In this document: piece after piece, positions 19,849 through 28,272 of the stretch | How the letters are laid out: each line of letters starts with the position of its first letter | Numbering within the stretch: the first letter of the stretch is position 1 | Assembly: GCA_963719515.1 (NCBI GenBank) | Contig: CAVRCJ010000003.1 | Location: forward strand, 544,001 to 608,000 | Direction: 5' to 3' | DNA length: 64,000 nt | Source of the DNA: an uncultured cyanobacterium | Lineage (GTDB): Bacteria; Cyanobacteriota; Cyanobacteriia; CAKZMO01 | Position numbers and translations under genes: made by a program | The notes under the pieces: generated by a model | Told to the model about the DNA's origin: nothing | The model's database searches: none | Seen by the model: the letters and a program-made list of their open reading frames with translations, nothing else

Positions 19849-22764
19849 ATGAATCGAGTTGCCCTCGTCGTCGGCATCAACACCTACAGCCACTTCAACC
19901 CGCTCAGCGCTCCTGCTAAAGATGCTGAGGCGATCGCCCAGCGGCTGCAGCAGGATGGGGAGTTTAAGGTGATTCGCTTGCCGGAGGCCATTGGCCGCGA
20001 TGGTGAAGGCGGCTATACCCGCAAGGCGGGCAAGCGAACCGAGGTGACCCAAGCGGAGCTAGAGCAGGCCCTAAAGCAGCTCTTCCGGCCCAATAGCCCC
20101 CAAACTCCGGACGCCGCGCTGTTCTACTTTTCCGGCCACGGCCTCCGCGATGCCGAGGGTGCTGAGGGGCTGGACAAGGGCTACCTGGCCACCAGCGAGA
20201 CCGACCCCAACCAGTCCCGACCGGGCCTATCCCTGGCCTGGCTCCAAAACCTGCTGGCCCGCAGCCCCATCAAAAACCAGATCGTCTGGCTGGACTGCTG
20301 CCACAGCGGCAGCCTGCTGATCGACGTGGGGTCCGCCAACCCTGGCCACAGCAGCGACCATAACCGCTGCTTTGTTGCATCTTCTCGCGACTTTGAGCAG
20401 TCTTGGCAAGACCTCAACAGCCCCTACAGCGTGCTGACCAAAGCGCTGCTGGATGGCCTCGACCCATCGCGGGTAGCGCAGCGGTGGGTTGACTCGTTTT
20501 CTTTGGCGGACTACGTCAACCAAGCCCTTAAAGGAGACCTGCAGTCGCCCATTTGCACCAACTTTGGCGATGCCATTGACCTGACCCATGCCGGGCAACT
20601 GGCGGTAGCAGATGCCAGCGCTACCCAGGGCACAGACATCTGCCCCTACAAAGGGCTCAGCTACTTTGACTGCAACGGCGAAGACCCCAAGTATTTCTTT
20701 GGCCGCGAGGCGCTGACGGACCAACTGCTGGATCATGTGCGGCAGCAAAGCTTTTTAGCGATTGTGGGCGCATCGGGCAGCGGCAAATCCTCGGTGCTGC
20801 GGGCGGGGCTGCTGCACCAGCTACAGCGGGGGCGGCGACTGCTGGGGAGTGACCAGTGGGAGGTGCGCGTGATGCTGCCGGGGGAGCAGCCGCTGCAGAA
20901 TTTGGCGCTGGCCTTTGTGGATGAGGACCTGCCGAAGCTGGACCGGGCGGCGCAGCTGGGAAAGGCGGAGCGGCTGATTAAGGCGGGGGCCGATGGGCTG
21001 CGGCGGCTGGTGAGCACGTCGGACGCGCCGAAGGTGGTGCTGGTGGTGGACCAGTTTGAGGAGGCCTTTACCCTGTGCCAAGATGCGGCGGAGCGGGAGG
21101 CCTTTTTTGGCGTGCTGCTGGGGGCGCTGGAGGCTCTGCCGGAGCGGCTTTGCCTGGTGGTGGCGATGCGATCGGACTTTGTGGGCAAGTGCTTTGAGCA
21201 GGACTACGGCGGGCTGGCGCGGCAGGTCCAGAAAAATTTGGTGGCGGTGACGCCGATGAACCGCGATGAGCTGACGGATGCGATTTTGGAACCGGCGAAG
21301 CGGGTCGAGCTATCGGCGGAGCCGGAGCTGGTGAAGGTCGCTGCTGGATGATGTGGAGAAGTCGCCGGGGAATTTGCCGCTGCTGCAGTACACGCTGCGG
21401 GAGCTGTGGAACCAGCGGCAGGAAAATACGCTACAGCTGAAGACCTACGCCCAGCTGGGCGGGGTGACGGGGACGCTGCAGCAGCGGGCGAATGCGGTGT
21501 ACGAGTCTTTGGATACTGCGCAGCAGGCCACGGCGCGGCATGTGTTTTTGAATTTGACCCAGCTGGGGGAAGGGACGGAGGACACCCGGCGGCGGGTGCT
21601 GAAGCAGAGCTTGGTGACTAGCCAGCATCCTGCGCCAGTGGTGGATGCGGTGGTGCAGCGGCTGGCGGATGAGAACCTGGTGGTGACCAGTGAGCTGGTG
21701 GGCAAGGGGAGTGAGGGGCAGCGGCTGGCGGTGGTGGATGTGGCCCATGAGGCGCTGATTCGCCATTGGCCGCGATTGCGGCGGTGGCTAGACGCGGACC
21801 GGGATTTGCTGCGGCAGCAGCGGAAGATTGAGCAGGCCGCTGACGAGTGGACACAGCAGCAAGTTTGTAAGCAGCTATTTGCTTGAGGGACGACAGCTGA
21901 CCGATGCAAAGCTGTTTGAGAAGAAACATGAGGACAGTCTACCGCTCTCGGAAATAGCCAGCGAGATACTTGAGCAGAGTAGTCGCAAGCGTCGCAACAA
22001 TCGGCTTAGGCTAACTATTCTAGGCGCAATTATTCCACTTGGACTAGCAACTTATGCGGGTATTCAAGTGGCTGAATACATGAGACTGCGTCCTCATTGG
22101 GATACCCTTTACGCCTACGACAGCGAGGCTAATCCTATCTCCAGAAATGCTCTCGTTAGAGCTGCTGAGACTATCAACGGCTCTAGACGTTCCCTCGCTA
22201 GAATCAGCTTGCCAAATGCTGACCTCATCAGCGCCAACCTCATCAGCGCCAACCTCATCGACGCCAACCTCAGCAGCGCCAATCTCCGCAGAGCCGACCT
22301 CAGCAGCGCCGACCTCATCAGCGCCGACCTCATCGACGCCGACCTCAGCGACGCCAACCTCATCGACGCCAACCTCAGCAGAGCTAACCTCCGCAGCGCC
22401 GACCTCAGCAGCACCGACCTCCGCAGCACCGACCTCAGCAGCGCCGACCTCTTCAGAGCCGACCTCTTCAGAGCCAACCTCAGCAGCGCCAACCTCAGCA
22501 GCGCCGACCTCCTCATCGCCAACCTCAGCAGCGCCTTTCTGCTAGCCAGTGACTTTCGAGAATCGAAAAACCTCACTGCTGAAGCAATTCAATGGTGACG
22601 AGCCACCGTTACTCTGCAACATCGCGCTGCCGTCCTATCTCAACGATATCGACCCCGATCGCGATTGCGACCAAATGCCTCAAGCCTTAAGCGATCGCTA
22701 CAACATCCCCCTAGAAGAAGCCCAGCAAATCGTAGACGTAGCCCGCAAAAAGCAATGGGACTAG
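19849..22764 (+). pseudogene. Caspase-like (C14) peptidase + STAND NTPase + TM + pentapeptide repeats, split by three +1 frameshifts (real or sequencing error)
   Basis: YFSGHG and LDCCHSG dyad; CPYKGL..F, FFGRE, GASGSGKSS, VVDQFEE, LPLLQYTL, VAHEALIRHW; ORFs 19849-21351, 21353-21886, 21828-22598 and 22549-22764 join by removing one base at about 21337, 21851-21860 and 22583. Confidence 0.85.
22218..22532 (+). repeat. 21 tandem 15-bp units encoding A(D/N)Lxx pentapeptide repeats
   Basis: Consensus GCC RAC CTC ANC AGC; unit count read directly. Confidence 0.95.
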
Positions 22765-22940
22765 ACCTCTAAAATCTGCTCAGCCGTTACCACAAGTCCC
22801 TCAACTACAGAGGTCACAACGCGATCGCGCATTCCGTGAACCGATAGCGATCGCCTCCAGCGTAAAACCCCCGTTACCGCCTAGGCTGCGGCAAGACCAC
22901 GCCTCGCCCAATCTCGCCCCGCTTCCCAATAAATTTTAAC

Positions 22941-23363
22941 TTTTAGGCGGGAAGTCCCGCGCTTTAATCTTTGATTAAGCGTCGGGATGAGAGCCGCGTG
23001 AGCCGGAGGTGAACAGTACTTGTGCATGCTAGAATGTATACATATCAATTGTTTAGCAAGGTTTTCCACCCCTCCAAGGTGTTCGTCGAGAAAAGTATCA
23101 CCCATAGAAAACGTAACGGTGACGCGACACAGTTTTTGGAAGAAAGGAAGCTCAAAAAAGCAATCTGTCTGGGGTTGGTCATTGCCCGGACGTAAAACAA
23201 ATTTCCTATGGATGGGATCCAATCGGGGCCAGTACAGCTTGCTGTATGGCTAGACAGGACCAGATGAAGTAGGAAACCTTCTTGTGCGGTACCCATTCGT
23301 TTGCGGTGCGTGAGCCAAGAAGCCCGCGCTATATACGCAGCATCAGCGTCGGGAGTATGTCAC
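22941..23363 (+). mobile_element. Non-coding miniature IS200/IS605-family element enclosing a structured RNA; left boundary approximate
   Basis: Related subterminal hairpins CCCGCGCT...AGCGTCGGG at both ends (22956-22986 and about 23323-23353); right end GGGAGTATGTCAC; no credible ORF inside. Confidence 0.7.
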
Positions 23364-23377
23364 TTTCGCTAGTACGG

Positions 23378-23406
23378 TTGTCACGGGCCGCAACATCCGC
23401 TAAAGT
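23378..23406 (+). promoter_or_regulatory. Putative sigma70 promoter
   Basis: TTGTCA-17 bp-TAAAGT, upstream of a structured leader. Confidence 0.55.
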
Positions 23407-23578
23407 TTCTATCCATGGGTGCCAACCGCACCCAACTTACGAGACGCCCAATACTTTAGCGCGCCCCCTGGCAGTGCGACCACACTAGCCAGAGAGCATC
23501 ACCACCGCGTTGACAGTACCAACGCGATGGCTACCGCCGATTTTATCCTGTGGTAGCCATCCCGTTCTTCACCGGTGG

Positions 23579-24001
23579 ATGGCTAGACGATCTGGGCGTC
23601 TTTCCTCCAAACCACAGGAAAAACCTCATGATTTACCTTCTCAGCGACCCCCAGGGCCGCACCGATTCCCCTACCCATCCGATCGCCTTCTCCGCCCCCC
23701 GTACGGGCGACCGGCCGGTCGCCCCCTACATCGGAACGCCCCCCATACCGCGATCGCCCCCCACGCGCCGCATCCCGAAGCCGCCGCACCGGAATTCTAT
23801 TCCCTGCGGCTGATCGCCCTTGGCCACCCCCACGCCGTCGACAACTGTCGCCTGCGGCTGCATAAGCTGGGCTACGCCGACCCCAACGACTGGTCCATCC
23901 CGCTGCCGATCATTCGCTCTACTGAGGTGATCCGCGCCGCCAAACCGGGCGAAATCATGCGCATTCTCACCAAGCGCGTTGCGCCTCCAGCGATCGCGTA
24001 G
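23579..24001 (+). CDS. Cyanobacterial hypothetical protein; start and frame ambiguous (in-frame ATG 23579, or SD-led ATG 23628 needing a frameshift)
   Basis: C-terminal LRLIALGHPHAVDNCRLRLHKLGYADPNDWSIPLP...PGEIMRILTKR looks like a recurrent cyanobacterial small-protein domain (recalled, not searched). Confidence 0.55.
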   Translation: MARRSGRLSSKPQEKPHDLPSQRPPGPHRFPYPSDRLLRPPYGRPAGRPLHRNAPHTAIAPHAPHPEAAAPEFYSLRLIALGHPHAVDNCRLRLHKLGYADPNDWSIPLPIIRSTEVIRAAKPGEIMRILTKRVAPPAIA

Positions 24002-24023
24002 GAGCCGTATCCCCAAGGGTGAT

Positions 24024-24052
24024 ATAGGGGCGCAGCATGACTGTGCCCTTAC
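24024..24052. repeat. Degenerate GTAG-type REP hairpin
   Basis: TAGGGGCGCAG-CATGA-CTGTGCCCTTAC. Confidence 0.45.
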
Positions 24053-24150
24053 GGCCCCTATCGCGCGCGCCGTATCTCCGAGAGCGAGGGCGATCGCCCC
24101 ACCGGCTACAATTCAAGAACTGACACGCTCTGTGTGATAGGAGTCGAAAC

Positions 24151-24756
24151 ATGGCATACGTCCTATCTCAACCCCTGACCTTCGAGGCCTTTTTGGCTCA
24201 ATATGGTGACAGCCCTCGCTATGAGCTAGCCGATGGAGAGCTGATTGATATGGAACCCACCGGCCCCCATGAAGCCGTTGCAGGCAAAGTCACCAGCAAG
24301 CTCAACATCGAGCTGGAGCGCCAAAGCCATCCGTGGTTTATTCCCCGAACCTGCATCATCCGGCCTTTCTCCGACGTAGCCACCGCCCGACGCCCCGACG
24401 TTATCGTTTTGGATGAAACAGCCCTCGTCAATGAGCCGCTATGGGAGCGAGAACCAGTGATTACGCTAGGAACGTCAATTAAGCTAATCGTCGAGGTGGT
24501 CAGCACGAACTGGGAAACTGATTATGCCCGCAAGGTGGACGAATACGCCTTACTGGGTATACCTGAATACTGGATAGTAGACTATCGCGGTCTAGGTGGC
24601 ATAGCATTCATCGGCAGACCAAAACAACCCACTATTACCGTCTGCCAGCTCATGGGGGATGATTACGATCAGGCCCAGTACCGTCTTGGACAGGTTATTA
24701 AATCAGCTCTACTACCAGCGCTGCAGCTTAAGCTTGATGACGTGCTGCCTCGATAG
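24151..24756 (+). CDS. Uma2-family (DUF820) nuclease-like protein
   Basis: YELADGELIDM.PTGPH, RRPDVIVL, IVEVVSTNW, YALLGIPEYWIVD. Confidence 0.92.
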   Translation: MAYVLSQPLTFEAFLAQYGDSPRYELADGELIDMEPTGPHEAVAGKVTSKLNIELERQSHPWFIPRTCIIRPFSDVATARRPDVIVLDETALVNEPLWEREPVITLGTSIKLIVEVVSTNWETDYARKVDEYALLGIPEYWIVDYRGLGGIAFIGRPKQPTITVCQLMGDDYDQAQYRLGQVIKSALLPALQLKLDDVLPR

Positions 24757-24898
24757 ATCTATCGTTCGTCTCGTCGTCGCTACGATGATTGGTTCGATGG
24801 CGGCGGGCGATCGCCGCATAGAACAACTCGCACACCGACCTTCGCGACCGGCGATCGCCCATTAGCCTGAGCAATCCGAGCGTCAACAATAAAAAAAA

Positions 24899-24971
<73 letters not shown>

Positions 24972-25064
24972 GCAGCGCCACGTTTATTCGACGCTTTACT
25001 AAACTAGCAAAGAACCCCGTCCTTTGACAAGGAAATTGTCCTTCGTGACTCTGGTTACGGCTGC

Positions 25065-25955
25065 TCAGCCAGCACTGACGCCAGATAAGGCTGGGGCAGA
25101 GGTCTCAGTCGTGCCTGAGGCACTTGCCTCCTCGGTAGCTGAGGCGGCATAAACCTCACAGGAATTGTTGGGGCTCTCGATTAAAACCACCTTGTGCAGC
25201 GCAGCTCCCGTTTCGCGCATCGGAGCCTCCAGCAGATCGCGAATGCGGACGGCGATATTCTCTGCCGTGGGCACCACCTGCTCGAAGTAGGGAATATCCT
25301 TGTTGAGGAACATGTGGTCAAACGGCTCAATCACCTGGTCGTCGAGGATCTGCTGCAGCTGCCCGAGGTCGGCAATCATGCCCGTACGGGGATCGATTTC
25401 GCCCTTGACGGTGACCTCTAGGTGGTAGTTGTGGCCGTGGCCATTGACACGAGCACACTTGCCGTAGATCTCTAGATTTTCCTCAAGGCTGAGGTGCGGC
25501 AGCGCCAGACGGTGGGCGGCGCTGAAGTGGGTTTTGATGGTGAGATAGGCTTCCATATTTTGTCCTTCGTAGTCTGCCCAAAGCTCAGGATGCTCAAAAA
25601 GTCGAATGCGCGTCAGCGGCAGATGCGGAGCCAGCCGCTGCCAAATGACGCGGGCAATGTTCTCGGTGGTGGGCAGGGTCTCCTCAAACTCGGGCCAGGC
25701 GTCATTTAGATAAGAGAAGTCCAGCTGCCCGGTCACCTCTCGCTTGATTACCTGCTTGACCTCCGAGAGGTTGAGCACCATGCCGTATTGGTCTAGCTCT
25801 CCCTCAATTGACACATACAGCAGGTAGTTATGCCCGTGGCCAGGGAACCGGGCGCATTGGCCAAACTGCGCGGCGTTTGCGCTCGGGCTCAGCTCGGGTA
25901 GCCAGTAGCGGTGGCTTGCGGAGAACTGAGCCCGCCTGTGAATAATGCATTTCAT
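25065..25955 (-). CDS. queD: 6-carboxytetrahydropterin / 6-pyruvoyl-tetrahydropterin synthase, two-domain cyanobacterial form
   Basis: Two repeats of FSAxHR...C...GHGHNY...PTxENIA. Confidence 0.85.
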   Translation of the reverse strand: MKCIIHRRAQFSASHRYWLPELSPSANAAQFGQCARFPGHGHNYLLYVSIEGELDQYGMVLNLSEVKQVIKREVTGQLDFSYLNDAWPEFEETLPTTENIARVIWQRLAPHLPLTRIRLFEHPELWADYEGQNMEAYLTIKTHFSAAHRLALPHLSLEENLEIYGKCARVNGHGHNYHLEVTVKGEIDPRTGMIADLGQLQQILDDQVIEPFDHMFLNKDIPYFEQVVPTAENIAVRIRDLLEAPMRETGAALHKVVLIESPNNSCEVYAASATEEASASGTTETSAPALSGVSAG

Positions 25956-26054
25956 GGCGCTTGGGGGGAATACGCAGTTACCTCCTATACGATAGACGCT
26001 CTTGCCCAGACCAGCCAGGCAAAACCAAACAGCAGCGATCGCAGCGGCTACCCC

Positions 26055-27818
26055 TTACCCCCCAATCCCAGACGACCACTGGCCTCCAGCGCTGCGCATG
26101 CGGTTTAGGGCTGCCGCCAGCTCGAAGCGGCGAAACCCGGCCAGACCGCCGTCAGGGCAGGCTGCGGCGCTGGGGATTATGGCGTCTAGACCCTGCCGGT
26201 TTAACAGGTCCATTAGCTGCGTGAGCTGGGCATCTAGCGATTCGCCCGGTCGCCCCTCGCTCAGCTGCTCAAAGTGCAGAATGGCATAGCCGATGGCCCG
26301 CGTTTGGGCCTCATCTACTAGCTGGGCGGCCCTCAGGTCGATCAGATCGCGGTTTAGGCTCAGCTGATTGAGGTCTCGCACCTTTACTTTCACCCGGCGA
26401 TCGCCCCTCGAAAGCCGCCCGGCGAGCTCAAGGCGACGCGGCCTCACCGGCCCAAAGTCCCCGTCCGCATCCTGGAGCCGCGCGGTGCCGTACTCCTGGG
26501 CGATGGCCTTGGCCCGCTGCGTCAGATCCTCCGGGGCAAAGGCCGTCATACCCACCACCACCGTCGCCGCCTCGAAGTAGTCGCCGCTGCCCCCCATCAC
26601 CATCACCGTCGAGACGCCGTGGACTTTGTACAGGGCCTCCACTCGGTCTACAAACGGCGTAATCGGCTCGTTGTCCTTGGCAATCAGCGCCTGCATGCGG
26701 CGATCGCGAATCATAAAGTTGGTGGCGCAGGTGTCCTCGTCCAGTAGCAGCGCCGTCGCCCCCACCGCCAGCGCCTCGATGATGCTGGCGGCTTGGGAGG
26801 TGCTGCCGCTGGCGTTGTCGGTGCTAAAGGCGGTGGTGGGCTGGTGGTTCTGGTTACCCTGGCTCAGGCCACTCTGGGGCAGGCCGTTAATAAAAGGCGA
26901 AATATCGACCTTGGCCACGGGCCGCCCGTCTTCTGCCCGGACGCTCACCGCCCCCGCATCCGTCACCACCCACTCCCGCCCGTCCCCCGGCACATGGTTA
27001 TAGACGCCCTGGGCGATCGCCTTGAGCAGGGTAGATTTGCCGTGGTAGCCGCCCCCCACAATGAGGCTGATGCCTCGCGGGAGGCCCATGCCGGTGATGG
27101 GGCCGTAGTGGGGGCGCTCAAAGCTTACCCGCAGGGTGGGGGGAGCGCTAAAGGGGAGGCCGCCGGTTAAGGGGCGATCGCTGACGCCGCTTTGTCTGGG
27201 CAGGACTGCACCGTCGGCTACAAACGCCACTAGCCCCCGAGCGGCCAGCTGACGCCGCAGCCAGTCGGCGTCTTCGGCGGTGTTGAGGTGTTGCTCTAGA
27301 GCTTTTGCATCCAGGCTGCCGTATTCCAGCTGCGCCGCCAGCTGCGGCACCACCTCGCACAGCAGCTGGGCCGCCTGCCGCCCTAAAATTCGCCGACCTT
27401 GGGCCGGAAGCCCCACCGTAAAGCGCACCTCAACGCCGCCCCCTGACAGCACCACGGCGCTGCGCTCCAGTATGGCCTGCCCCGCTGAGGCGATCGCCAC
27501 TACCCCACTCTTGCCGCTGCCCCGCTGCCCCAAGGTGTATTGGGCATGTCGGGCGATCGCGCTTTGGAACTGCCGCGTCAGGAAGTCCCGCAGGGCCACC
27601 TCGCGGCTGCGGGTGGCGGAGCAGTCGGCGGGAAGCTGGGCGGTAGCTTGAGGAAGCTTGAGGCGCAGCTGGCTGGGGGCGGCAAAGGGGTCGGCCTGCA
27701 CCCGGTCCACCCACAGCGTGAAGCTGGGGAAGGAATACGGCCCCTTTAGCTGCCTATACGCGCCGTAGCTCTGACCGTCGAGGGCATGGAGGCGATCGCG
27801 TAGGTCGGTAGGTGTCAT
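26055..27818 (-). CDS. ABC-ATPase-domain (predicted P-loop ATPase) protein
   Basis: VQADPFAAPS, GGGYHGKSTLL, ASGSTSQAA, LLDEDTCATNFMIRD. Confidence 0.88.
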   Translation of the reverse strand: MTPTDLRDRLHALDGQSYGAYRQLKGPYSFPSFTLWVDRVQADPFAAPSQLRLKLPQATAQLPADCSATRSREVALRDFLTRQFQSAIARHAQYTLGQRGSGKSGVVAIASAGQAILERSAVVLSGGGVEVRFTVGLPAQGRRILGRQAAQLLCEVVPQLAAQLEYGSLDAKALEQHLNTAEDADWLRRQLAARGLVAFVADGAVLPRQSGVSDRPLTGGLPFSAPPTLRVSFERPHYGPITGMGLPRGISLIVGGGYHGKSTLLKAIAQGVYNHVPGDGREWVVTDAGAVSVRAEDGRPVAKVDISPFINGLPQSGLSQGNQNHQPTTAFSTDNASGSTSQAASIIEALAVGATALLLDEDTCATNFMIRDRRMQALIAKDNEPITPFVDRVEALYKVHGVSTVMVMGGSGDYFEAATVVVGMTAFAPEDLTQRAKAIAQEYGTARLQDADGDFGPVRPRRLELAGRLSRGDRRVKVKVRDLNQLSLNRDLIDLRAAQLVDEAQTRAIGYAILHFEQLSEGRPGESLDAQLTQLMDLLNRQGLDAIIPSAAACPDGGLAGFRRFELAAALNRMRSAGGQWSSGIGG

Positions 27819-27837
27819 GGCGGGAAGTGATCGATCT

Positions 27838-27859
27838 TTTTAGTCAAACTCACTATAAT
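27838..27859 (+). promoter_or_regulatory. NrtR operator overlapping a TATAAT -10 box
   Basis: TTTTAGT-CAAACTC-ACTATAA, a 21-bp palindrome with the GT-N7-AC core, upstream of an nrtR-containing NAD operon. Confidence 0.75.
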
Positions 27860-28007
27860 CGGGTTAAGCTAGAGTTCACCCTACCCACCGGGACATCACG
27901 GGTTATCTAGAACCATTGAGTGCTCTTAGCTGGCCCGCGCTTTAGGGTGCTGTTGGTCACTAGGGTGTTTCACCCCTCACTGTGCCGATTGGCTACGCTT
28001 CGCAATC

Positions 28008-28148
28008 GCCCGCGCGTAAACGGCGGGCTACTGAGGGCCGTCCACTGAAGCGGACTCCGGAGAAGGTCAAGCTGCTGAAACGACTTCTGAGCATGGCTTT
28101 AGCCTACTTTAGTAGGTGACCTCTACTAGCCCGCGATTTATCTGTGGG
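28008..28148. repeat. Inverted pair of REP-like double-hairpin units (REPIN-like)
   Basis: Reverse complement of 28008-28056 (AGTCCGCTTCAGTGGAC...GTAGCCCGCCGTTTACGCGCGGG) resembles 28101-28148 (AGCCTACTTTAGTAGGT...CTAGCCCGCGATTTATCTGTGGG). Confidence 0.6.
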
Positions 28149-28272
28149 TGAGGTCAAAGCGAAGCCAAACCTCATCGGGGGTTGCCCCTCTATTCGCCAG
28201 CAGCAGCATTATGTTCGCGGATGGACTGAACGCTCTCAGACAATTTTTTCGCAGATAGACCCTGCGGCAGCC

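Noticed and set aside
22115..22576. Alternative-frame repetitive ORFs (SALLR..., PTSAA...) or a CRISPR array
   Set aside because: Shadows of the 15-bp pentapeptide repeats; no spacers and no cas genes
22881..23488. Short ORFs inside and around the mini-element
   Set aside because: No recognisable motifs, and they cross the element boundaries
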